Under the pieces are notes generated by a model, which saw nothing but the letters and a program-made list of their open reading frames with translations, ran no database searches and was not told the DNA's origin. A DNA stretch of 64,000 nt from Candidatus Pacearchaeota archaeon (GTDB taxonomy: Archaea; Nanobdellota; Nanobdellia; Pacearchaeales; GW2011-AR1). The DNA lies in assembly GCA_041659265.1 (NCBI GenBank), contig JBAZYP010000009.1, positions 12,201-76,200 of the forward strand, written 5' to 3'. Positions 29,203 to 37,936 of the stretch are shown piece by piece. The first letter of the stretch is position 1. The number at the start of each line of letters is the position of its first letter. A program made the position numbers and the translations under genes.

Positions 29203-29227
29203 TTAAATTTGCTGCTTGCAAATTTAA
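29203..29227 (+). terminator. Terminator-like hairpin after DAHP synthase gene
   Basis: TTAAATTTGC-tgctt-GCAAATTTAA (10-bp stem) followed by a T-rich stretch. Confidence 0.35.
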
Positions 29228-29286
29228 GTTATAATTTTTTATTAATAATTTGCAATTTTAAAATTGAAATAAATTTAATTTTAAAT

Positions 29287-29505
29287 CTAGTCATCTAAAA
29301 TCGAATTATAGAAGTCTTTTGTGAACCATATCCAAACACCAGTTATAACAATACCCGCAGACCAGAATAATATTACAAGGTTAAGCAATGTAGAAGATGA
29401 TCCTTCACCAACGACATTTCCAGTTATTCCTTCTGAAGAGGCTATAAGCAAGACGAATAAACCAAATGTCATCATAATAGCTGAAAGGGTTTTTTGCATG
29501 ATCAT
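29287..29505 (-). CDS. Small membrane protein, two TM helices
   Basis: MIMQKTLSAIMMTFGLFVLLIASSEGITGNVVGEGSSSTLLNLVILFWSAGIVITGVWIWF. Confidence 0.55.
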   Translation of the reverse strand: MIMQKTLSAIMMTFGLFVLLIASSEGITGNVVGEGSSSTLLNLVILFWSAGIVITGVWIWFTKDFYNSILDD

Positions 29506-29684
29506 AGTAGATATATAAAATAATGTTGATATTTAAAGGTTATTTTTGTATATAATTGTTTGGAAATGATTGAAGAGAATGGTTTTAAATAAATAATTTT
29601 AAAAAATTAAGAAAAAATAAAATATTACAGAATATTTTTATTATACTAAGATAGATTTAAATATTTTTTATTTCTTTTAATTTT

Positions 29685-29981
29685 ATGGAATTAAAATGGT
29701 ATCAGTGGGTAGGTTTTTTAATATTTTTTACATATACCTATTTAATTTTAACGGTAACAACATCTACGCCTAGAGAGAATTATATCATTAATTATATTAT
29801 GATTGTTATAGGTTTTTTAATCGTTTTAGTTGGTTGGTTTGAAACCAGAAAAAATAAGGAAAAAAATAATAAAAGAAGTAAATGGAAAATTTTTCTCTAT
29901 TCCTCCCTTTATATTCTTATGTTTTTATTTCTTATGATAGATCTTCTAGATTTTTTAATATTTCTTTCATGGTTTTTTTAG
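29685..29981 (+). CDS. Small multi-pass membrane protein
   Basis: Three hydrophobic segments. Confidence 0.5.
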   Translation: MELKWYQWVGFLIFFTYTYLILTVTTSTPRENYIINYIMIVIGFLIVLVGWFETRKNKEKNNKRSKWKIFLYSSLYILMFLFLMIDLLDFLIFLSWFF

Positions 29982-30103
29982 GTAATTTAATATTTAACAA
30001 TATTAGATCTAAACCTCTAGGCCGGTAAAATCTATAATATATGTTAGATAACTTCTATTATTATGTAATTGAGTTTAAAAAATGGATTTAGTATATCTTT
30101 ATT

Positions 30104-31105
30104 ATGAAACCTCAAAAAAAGGTTAGAAATTGGTTTTTATTTGGGGTGATGTTAATTGTAGTTCTTAATTTTGTTGATGCTATTGATGTAGGAAATGGTG
30201 TTGGAGTAAATATACAGCCGGTTAAACTTGCTCCAAAAGTGTGGTTATGTGAGAATCGTTCATTTAATAATTATGTAGTTGAAAATGAAGTAATAAAATG
30301 GAAAATACTTATTTTTGACAAATATGACATTAATAGGCTTGGTAATGTTATTGGTTTAGTTATTAATGAAGATAACAAGAATATAGAATTAAATTGTATT
30401 CCTGATGCAAATTCAAATTCATTAGGAATTCTAGATCCTTCATGTAATGCAAAATTTAGCGACTTCATAATTAATGAATTTGGAAAAGATTCTATGATAT
30501 ATTATACTTGTAGTCTTACTGCTGAAAATTATAATAAAATGAATGGAAAATATATTTTATCTTTTGAAGCAACTAATGCAGTAGGAATTTCTGAAAGAAA
30601 TTTAGGTGTAGAATATTTGTTTATAACTCCAATACCTTCTATACATATTAATTTTAATTCAACAAATAATGATATCGATGTAAAAACAGATTTAGATTAT
30701 TATATAAGGGATTATTCTGAAAAATGCTTGGATAAATATTGTAATAAGAAAATTAAAAAGTATTTTATTTCAAATGATAAACAAGATGCGTATTTAGAGT
30801 TAAAATATATAAAATCAAGAAATAATGGACAAATAGAAATTATTAATTTATCTTATAATGGGGTTAAACAACCTATAAAACGGAATTCATTCAAAATTAT
30901 GAATTCTACAAGAGGTATTAGTGAAAGACTTATTGTTGATAAAATATCATTAAATCTTGATTATAATAAGAGAAAAGATGAAACAATGGTTAAATCTTAT
31001 GGGGCAAGAAAAGTCCTAACAACAAAAGGAAATGGATTATCTTTAATTCAGTTAAATATTATTAATGGAAATTTTAATTATTCTATAATTAGGGATACTC
31101 TCTAA
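30104..31105 (+). CDS. Secreted protein of unknown function
   Basis: Signal peptide WFLFGVMLIVVLNFVDA; Cys-containing predicted beta-rich body. Confidence 0.65.
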   Translation: MKPQKKVRNWFLFGVMLIVVLNFVDAIDVGNGVGVNIQPVKLAPKVWLCENRSFNNYVVENEVIKWKILIFDKYDINRLGNVIGLVINEDNKNIELNCIPDANSNSLGILDPSCNAKFSDFIINEFGKDSMIYYTCSLTAENYNKMNGKYILSFEATNAVGISERNLGVEYLFITPIPSIHINFNSTNNDIDVKTDLDYYIRDYSEKCLDKYCNKKIKKYFISNDKQDAYLELKYIKSRNNGQIEIINLSYNGVKQPIKRNSFKIMNSTRGISERLIVDKISLNLDYNKRKDETMVKSYGARKVLTTKGNGLSLIQLNIINGNFNYSIIRDTL

Positions 31106-31149
31106 AAATAGGTTTTTCAACAAAAAAAGACAGCCTCCAGGCCGGTCCT

Positions 31150-31174
31150 AAAAATTTTATTTTATAAAATTTTT
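31150..31174. repeat. 11-bp inverted repeat (hairpin)
   Basis: AAAAATTTTAT-ttt-ATAAAATTTTT. Confidence 0.7.
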
Positions 31175-31180
31175 GTCTGA

Positions 31181-31205
31181 TTCAAAAACCATAGAAGTTT
31201 TTGAA
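31181..31205. repeat. 9-bp inverted repeat (hairpin)
   Basis: TTCAAAAAC-catagaa-GTTTTTGAA. Confidence 0.7.
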
Positions 31206-31254
31206 CAAGTCGAACCGAGCACTTTGGTTAGAATCTGGCTAATGAAGAATTAAT

Positions 31255-31278
31255 ATAATATCGCAATAGCGATATTAT
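31255..31278. repeat. 10-bp inverted repeat immediately downstream of tRNA-Thr
   Basis: ATAATATCGC-aata-GCGATATTAT. Confidence 0.75.
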
Positions 31279-31281
31279 TTA

Positions 31282-31354
31282 AGCCTCCAGCCGGAGTCGA
31301 ACCGACGACCTACTGATTACAAGTCAGCCGCTCTACCAACTGAGCTATGGAGGC
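31282..31354 (-). tRNA. tRNA-Thr (anticodon TGT)
   Basis: GCCTCCATAGCTCAGTTGGTAGAGCGGCTGACTTGTAATCAGTAGGTCGTCGGTTCGACTCCGGCTGGAGGCT; canonical arms and anticodon loop CTTGTAA. Confidence 0.93.
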
Positions 31355-31422
31355 ATTATGGTAAGGGTCAATATATCATGATAAATGAGGTTTAAAAGGA
31401 TTTTGGAAAGAATTTTTATCCT

Positions 31423-31914
31423 TTATAATACATGGTCGTCATCCGTTCGTTTGTAATCATGGATTTCATCTATTGAAAACCATAGTTTTGTTTCATAGCT
31501 AGCGTCTTTTTCATCTGAAGAAGCATGGATGATATTTTTTACAGCTATTTCTTTTGTATCTGCATGACTATAACTTATATGAGAATAATCTCCTCTAATT
31601 GTACCTGGAAGTGCTGCTTTAGATTCAGTTGCACCGCATAGTTTTCTTACATTTTCTATTGCATCAACACCTTCAACAATCATAGCTACAATAGGACCTG
31701 AAGTAATAAAATCTAAAAGCCTTGTTCTAACATGTTCTCCTCTTCTTTTAGCTATATCATCTGTATAATGATTTTGAGCAAGATCTTTAGATATATGCGT
31801 CAATTTAAGCGCAACAATTTTTAATCCTCTTTGTTCAAATCTTCTAATAACTTCTCCAACTAGACCTCTAGCTACTCCATCTGGTTTAACCAATACTAAA
31901 GTTTGTTGAATCAT
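31423..31914 (-). CDS. ndk: Nucleoside diphosphate kinase
   Basis: QQTLVLVKPDGVARGLVGEVIRRFEQRGLKIVALKL, GPIVAMIVEG, GTIRGDY, NIIHASSD. Confidence 0.95.
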   Translation of the reverse strand: MIQQTLVLVKPDGVARGLVGEVIRRFEQRGLKIVALKLTHISKDLAQNHYTDDIAKRRGEHVRTRLLDFITSGPIVAMIVEGVDAIENVRKLCGATESKAALPGTIRGDYSHISYSHADTKEIAVKNIIHASSDEKDASYETKLWFSIDEIHDYKRTDDDHVL

Positions 31915-32109
31915 TTTTTTTAATAATATCTAGGATTTATAAACTTAATTATGATGAGGCTTTGTTTATGGTTTATAAAATATTATTTTTTATTAATAAT
32001 TTTAAACTTATTTTTACTTGTTTCTCCTCACTTAAGGGGGAGAAAAAGTATAAAATAAGTAGTTTAAATTATAACCTTTGATTATTCTTAAGGAGAATAA
32101 TAATCATAT

Positions 32110-35100
32110 TTAATCCTTAAATAATTTATTTTTTACCTTTAATCTTTCTTTTTTAGGTAATTTTACATATGTCTTTTTTATGTTTTCATAAAAACGAGTT
32201 GCATCATCAGTTCTCTTATCTTTTTTAGCAAGTTCATATTCTTTTATTAATGCGTTTATATCTTTCTTATCGATATAAATTCTTATATTTTTAATATCTT
32301 TATACAAATGTTTTCTACAGCCCTTAGGAACTAATGGATATATTTCTTTAATTTTATGATATTTTTCTCTAGCTGTTTCAATATCTTCTCTTTTTATTGC
32401 TTTTTTTGCTTCTTTAACATATTTGAATATTCTTGAACCATCTTCTTCTTTTTTCCACATATATATTCTGTATCTTTTTATAGAGATAAAGATAAGATAA
32501 ATGATAAATAATCCCAAGATTATTAACATCAAATATGTTAGCCAGTTGTCAAATTTAAGATCACTTAATAAAAAGAATCCTGTAATTTTAACTTCTTTTA
32601 TATAAATTTCTTTAAAGAGTATTGTGTCTGTTTTTTCAAATTCCTTTGGTTCTATTTCTTTTTCTATATAATAGACTAGTTCATTATTTTCATTTAAGTC
32701 TTTTTTACTAATTAATACACTATTTCCTTGTTTTTCAATTGGTAAAGATAAAAATACAGTATTATTAATGTCTGATATTAGTTCACCAGGGATTATTTCC
32801 ATTATTTCTTCAAACGAATCATTTTGAATATTAATTTTTTTAGATATTAGGGTAATCTTTTTTGTTTTTTCTTTATATTCTATTTCAACTTGGTAAACTT
32901 TAGTTGATACAGAAAGATATTTTTGGAATTCTAAATTTGTTTCTACTAGATTTTTTATAATATCTTTATCTATTTCATTTCCTTTTGAAGAAAGATAGTT
33001 GTTTAAAACCGATTCTAAATCATTAGTAATACTATTTTTAACAAATTCCTGCTGTTTTATTATTCTAACATCTAATGGTAATTTATTTTTAATATCGCTG
33101 ATCTCATTATTTATCTCTTGTATCTTTTTTTCTTTTTGAACTTGATCTGAAACATATTTAAGATTATTTCCAAGGTCTTGATCTATTTGTCTTAATCTTT
33201 TATTAAAATAACCTAGATCATTTTCCAAACCTAATAATAGAAGGACATTTTTTTGATCCATTGAATAGGTTTCTTTTTTATCCATAAAATCCTGAAGACT
33301 AGATAATAAACTATCTACTTCTTCTTTTTGAGAGTAAGAATAACTAGTATTTTTTTCATTTTCTTCATCTTCATTGTCATCTTCATTTAATTGATTTGAG
33401 GTTAATAAGTTGTTATTTAAATCAATAGTAAAATCTCTTTTATTTTCATTGTGATTACTTGAGTTATCATAACATTCAATATACCAAGAAAATTCTCCAT
33501 TATGGAATTCTTGCATTGGAATTTCGTAAATTTTATTATTTTCAGGATTAATTTCAGTTTTTGAATATATAAGAACTCCAAACATGCCTGAATTATTATA
33601 AAGTTCAAAAGTGCAATTTGCTAATTTTATATTATCTGATGCCTTATATGAAAATGTTAATGTTGAAGATTTTATTATTGCTTCGTTTTCTGGTCCGATT
33701 AAAGTAATTTCTGGATCAGTTGAATCAATGTTGTTTGTAACTTGAATTGGTCCTTTTTGAATTGAAAACACTCTTCCATCTATAGTTATATTACTTTTTA
33801 TATAAAAAGTTCCTGGAAGTGCATATTTGTGTGAACTTGTTATATTAATATTATTTTCATTAATTGAAAAATAGGAAATATCTAACGCGCCTTCTCCAAA
33901 ATAATTTATTATAGAGCTTATTTTTTCAACAGGAGAATCAATTCTAATATCTAATGTTAAATTTTCATTAGAATTTAATTCAAGTTTATTAGGCGTTATA
34001 TCTATTTTTGCAACTGAGAAATTCTTTGATATTGAATAGGGTTGTTCATAGTAATACGATGTAAGATTAACGGTATATACTCCTGGTGAAGAAATTTCTG
34101 AACCTGATATATTGTATTCCATTGGATAAGGCCCATTTAGATTATTTAAAATAACTTCATTTCCATTTGGTTTTTTTAATATTAATCTAGTTTGAGTTGG
34201 TTTTGAATCAAATCTAAGTCTTATATTTTCTCCTGGAAGATATACTTTATTTTCAATATCTAAAGAGAATGTATCATTAATAATGAAATAACCTGAAATT
34301 GATTTTTCTTTATCATTATCTTTGCATATAAGATCCCATTTATGATTTCCATTAATTAGATTTGTTGGCCAGATCAAGGATAAATTTAGTGCAGGATTAA
34401 AATCAGTTAGATTTTGATGAGAATTTAAATTATCAATTATTAATTTGCATTTTAATCTAGATAGATTAAAATATCCAATATTAAAATTAAAATTAATTGG
34501 ATTAGCTACTAGTGAATTATTAATTGGAAATGTTGAAACTAGGGTAAGATTTTCAGAAAAATCTATTGGATTAAAACTTATTTTAATTCTATATTCTTGT
34601 TCTGATAGATGCGGTACAATCCAAGAGATCCTATCAAACAATTCATCATTATTTGTGTCATAATAAGTAATATTATCAAGTAATTTAGCTTCAACTTTAG
34701 AATAAACTTCTATTTTAGTAAATTCATTTATTTTAGTTGGTATAATATCTGTATAAAGTCTTATTGGATTGTCTATTTCAACTGAACTATTTAAAATAAC
34801 AATTTTTTCAGTTTCATTATGCTTTATTTCTTTTTTTTGAATTTGATTATCACAATTTATTTCTTCAGGCATAAGTCCTTCATAATTCATCAAATCAGAA
34901 TCATCTTCAATATGGCATTCTAAATATCTTTTTTCAATAGGATTATCTTCTTTATTTTCAGTATTTTCTTGTTCAAGAGCTAAAGAAATCGCTTCAACTG
35001 TTTTTAACATTTGAATAGTATCTGAATATTTTGGATTAGATTCATTTAAATCTGATTTAGATAATTCTTCCTGAGTAATATTTTCTTTTTGATTTTCAAT

Positions 35101-35691
35101 ATTTGTTGAAGAATTACTTTGAGATGAAGTTGTTTGTTCAATAATTTTAACTTCTCCAGAGGAACTTGTACCAATATTTCCTTCACTTGAACCGCCATTG
35201 AAAGTTATTGATGCTTCTTTAACTGGTTCTTCATTAGTATTATTTGAAGAATTTTCTTGTTCTTTATAATCTTCATTAGTTTCATTATTAGATGTTATTT
35301 TTCTTTCAGAATTATTTTCTTGTGAATCTTTAATTGGTGAATCCATTTTTGATTCAACCTCAACAAGATCAAATTCAGATTCTATTTTTTCATTAGAATC
35401 ATTTTTATTAATTGTAGAAACTTGTTCTTCAGATTTGTTTACTAAAATAGAACTATCCTGAATTATTGATGGAGTTTGTTTATTTTCTGTTGAAGAAGTT
35501 GATTCTGTTGATACAGATATTTCTAATTGTTGAGTTTGTTTAATTTCATTAGTATTTTCAATATTAGTTTTATCTAAATCAATAGTAGTATTATCCTGGC
35601 TTAAAACTATGATATTTGAAACTGAGATTAAGATTAAAGTAATTAATAATAAAGATATATTTTTGTTAAGAAATTTCATTTTATTTATCAC
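32110..35691 (-). CDS. Giant single-TM surface protein: Ser/Glu/Asn-rich N-terminus, Ig-like domains, coiled coil, TM, cytoplasmic helical repeat tail
   Basis: Signal peptide ISLLLITLILISVSNIIVLS; TM LTYLMLIILGLFIIYLIFI; tail AREKYHKIKEIYPLVPKGCRKHLYKDI... with TPR-like periodicity. Confidence 0.8.
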   Translation of the reverse strand: MINKMKFLNKNISLLLITLILISVSNIIVLSQDNTTIDLDKTNIENTNEIKQTQQLEISVSTESTSSTENKQTPSIIQDSSILVNKSEEQVSTINKNDSNEKIESEFDLVEVESKMDSPIKDSQENNSERKITSNNETNEDYKEQENSSNNTNEEPVKEASITFNGGSSEGNIGTSSSGEVKIIEQTTSSQSNSSTNIENQKENITQEELSKSDLNESNPKYSDTIQMLKTVEAISLALEQENTENKEDNPIEKRYLECHIEDDSDLMNYEGLMPEEINCDNQIQKKEIKHNETEKIVILNSSVEIDNPIRLYTDIIPTKINEFTKIEVYSKVEAKLLDNITYYDTNNDELFDRISWIVPHLSEQEYRIKISFNPIDFSENLTLVSTFPINNSLVANPINFNFNIGYFNLSRLKCKLIIDNLNSHQNLTDFNPALNLSLIWPTNLINGNHKWDLICKDNDKEKSISGYFIINDTFSLDIENKVYLPGENIRLRFDSKPTQTRLILKKPNGNEVILNNLNGPYPMEYNISGSEISSPGVYTVNLTSYYYEQPYSISKNFSVAKIDITPNKLELNSNENLTLDIRIDSPVEKISSIINYFGEGALDISYFSINENNINITSSHKYALPGTFYIKSNITIDGRVFSIQKGPIQVTNNIDSTDPEITLIGPENEAIIKSSTLTFSYKASDNIKLANCTFELYNNSGMFGVLIYSKTEINPENNKIYEIPMQEFHNGEFSWYIECYDNSSNHNENKRDFTIDLNNNLLTSNQLNEDDNEDEENEKNTSYSYSQKEEVDSLLSSLQDFMDKKETYSMDQKNVLLLLGLENDLGYFNKRLRQIDQDLGNNLKYVSDQVQKEKKIQEINNEISDIKNKLPLDVRIIKQQEFVKNSITNDLESVLNNYLSSKGNEIDKDIIKNLVETNLEFQKYLSVSTKVYQVEIEYKEKTKKITLISKKINIQNDSFEEIMEIIPGELISDINNTVFLSLPIEKQGNSVLISKKDLNENNELVYYIEKEIEPKEFEKTDTILFKEIYIKEVKITGFFLLSDLKFDNWLTYLMLIILGLFIIYLIFISIKRYRIYMWKKEEDGSRIFKYVKEAKKAIKREDIETAREKYHKIKEIYPLVPKGCRKHLYKDIKNIRIYIDKKDINALIKEYELAKKDKRTDDATRFYENIKKTYVKLPKKERLKVKNKLFKD

Positions 35692-35929
35692 CTTTTTTTT
35701 CTAGTTTATTTATCTTTAAGAATCCTTCATTATATAACCATAATGTTAAAATTTTTCCAACTACATCTTGCTCATTACTTCCCATAATGCCTACTAATTT
35801 TTGCAGAATATCTCTTTGATTGTCAGTAATCGTACCTTTAACAACGACGGTTTTTGCTCTATTTTTTTCATCAGGTCTCTTTTGAGACTCTTTTAAGCCC
35901 TCTTTTAGCATAAAATAGATACTTTTCAA
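35681..35929 (-). CDS. Small conserved-looking hypothetical protein, possible DNA-binding
   Basis: VVVKGTITDNQRDILQKLVGIMGSNEQDVVGKILTLWLYNEGFL; overlaps the start of the giant protein gene. Confidence 0.55.
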   Translation of the reverse strand: MKSIYFMLKEGLKESQKRPDEKNRAKTVVVKGTITDNQRDILQKLVGIMGSNEQDVVGKILTLWLYNEGFLKINKLEKKGDK

Positions 35930-36001
35930 GTCTTTATAAACCTTTTCATTAAGGTTTTTTAATAGTATATTTTTTCTTTCAAAAAGGTATATAAATTATA
36001 A

Positions 36002-37936
36002 TTGAGGTATTATATAATGAATAGAATAAAGGGGCGGTATTATTTGGTGATAGGTTTATTTTACTTATTTTTTCTATTAAATTCAGTAATAATTGCTCAA
36101 GATGTAGAAACTGGGATGAATGTTACAGTTAGTCCTCCTATTCTTATTCAACTAATACCTAATTTTACATGGGAAACTAATCAAAATCTTACTAATGCCT
36201 TTTGTTTAGATGATTATTTTAAAGACCCTTCTGGATTTAGTTTAAATTATACATTTACCAGTGTTCCTAATATTCTTGTTGTGATTAATTCTACAACAAA
36301 TAATGTTTCTTTTTATCCTGATTTTGGATTTATGGGTATTAGGAATATAACTTTTTATGCTACCAATGATATGGGAACTACTCCAAGTAATCCTGTTACA
36401 TTATTTGTAAATTTAGATGACGAGGCACCTAAATGGAAGAATCCTGGAAAAAATAAAGTAAATGTTTATCAAAATGATTATGTAAATTTTACAACAACTT
36501 GGACTGACAATTATCAATTGCAGGGTTATACATTTTATTTAAGGCAACAAGGTGCTTGGGTTAGCACTCCTGGAAGTTTTAGTGGAATTGAAAATATTTC
36601 GAGAGCTAGTGCCCAGATAGTAAGTATTCCTGGAAATTTTATTTATTGGTATTTTTGCGCAAATGATACCTCTGCAAATTCAAATTGTACTGATTTATAT
36701 TCTTTTAATGTATCTGTGCCCCCTGTTGTTGATAATCCTCCATCTGTATCTCCCCCTTCATCAGGAGCAACTTCACCACCTCCTGCAACAACCACTCCAC
36801 CTGCAACTGGTGCTGCAGTAGTTCAATCTGAAGCAAAAAAGAAAATAAAGGATTTTTTAGTCGAACCCAGTTTTTTTAAGATTTCTATGAAACAAGCATC
36901 TGTTGATACTAGAATATTAAAAATAACTAATATAGGTAATACTGAAATTTTCATAAATTTGAGTCTTCTTGGTGTAGAAGATTTTGTCGTATTAAGTGAA
37001 AATTCATTTAATTTAACTAATGGCGAGGTTAAGAAAATTACAGTTGATTTCATAACAAAAAATAATACTGTTCCTGATCAATATTTTGGAAGAATAATAG
37101 TTTCTTCTTCTCAAATTCAAGAAGTTCCGGTTATTATTGATGTTAATCCTATTAATCAAAAATTTTCAGTTGATGTAAATATTTCTGAAAAATATAAGGT
37201 AGTTAAACCTGGTGAGATGGTACAAGCGAATATCATCATTAAGAACATAAAGGATATTACTCCTACAAATGTTAAATTACATATTGCTATAAAAGATTTT
37301 TCAGGAACAATTTATGATTCTTATGAGGAAGATATTCTTTTTGATGATACTTTAAATCTAATAAGAAATATCACTGTACCTTCAAATACAATTGTAGGGG
37401 AATATTTATTTTATGCTAGAATTTATGATGAAAATAATATTGCTATTGATTCAGATAGTTTTCAGGTTGGAACAAGATATTTATTAGCAGTTTATTTTAA
37501 AAAATATTTTTTATTTATTCTATTATTATTTTTATTTATTTTAACTATCTTTTTGATACTTAGATATAAAAAGGAAAGAGAGAAGGAACGAACTTTAACT
37601 CTTTATTTAATGCTTACAGAATTAAAGAATTTAATAAAAGATGGCAAGTTTGATAAAGCTGTACAATTATATATTAGAATAAAAACTATTTATGGCGAAC
37701 CTGTATCAAGAGCCAGTATTAAAGACAAAGAAAAATTAAAAGAAGAAATTGAAAAACTTTCTAATAAATTAAAGGGAGAATTGGAGACAGCAAAAGAAGC
37801 TAATTCAGATAAAGAAAAAAGCGATACAAAAAAATCTGAGGATATAAAAGAAGTCAATAAAGAAGAAACTATTGTAAAAAATGAAGAAAAAAAAGAAAGT
37901 GAAAATGAGGTAAAAAATGAAGAAAAAACCAAGTAA
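36002..37936 (+). CDS. Surface protein: signal peptide, beta-sandwich ectodomains, single TM, charged cytoplasmic helical tail
   Basis: Signal YYLVIGLFYLFFLLNSVIIAQ; TM YFLFILLLFLFILTIFLIL; tail LTELKNLIKDGKFDKAVQLYIRIKTIYG. Confidence 0.8.
   Translation: MRYYIMNRIKGRYYLVIGLFYLFFLLNSVIIAQDVETGMNVTVSPPILIQLIPNFTWETNQNLTNAFCLDDYFKDPSGFSLNYTFTSVPNILVVINSTTNNVSFYPDFGFMGIRNITFYATNDMGTTPSNPVTLFVNLDDEAPKWKNPGKNKVNVYQNDYVNFTTTWTDNYQLQGYTFYLRQQGAWVSTPGSFSGIENISRASAQIVSIPGNFIYWYFCANDTSANSNCTDLYSFNVSVPPVVDNPPSVSPPSSGATSPPPATTTPPATGAAVVQSEAKKKIKDFLVEPSFFKISMKQASVDTRILKITNIGNTEIFINLSLLGVEDFVVLSENSFNLTNGEVKKITVDFITKNNTVPDQYFGRIIVSSSQIQEVPVIIDVNPINQKFSVDVNISEKYKVVKPGEMVQANIIIKNIKDITPTNVKLHIAIKDFSGTIYDSYEEDILFDDTLNLIRNITVPSNTIVGEYLFYARIYDENNIAIDSDSFQVGTRYLLAVYFKKYFLFILLLFLFILTIFLILRYKKEREKERTLTLYLMLTELKNLIKDGKFDKAVQLYIRIKTIYGEPVSRASIKDKEKLKEEIEKLSNKLKGELETAKEANSDKEKSDTKKSEDIKEVNKEETIVKNEEKKESENEVKNEEKTK

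Noticed and set aside
37690-37932. ORF 80 aa (-), Ser/Phe-rich
   Set aside because: Antisense artefact of the Lys/Glu-rich tail of the 36002 protein
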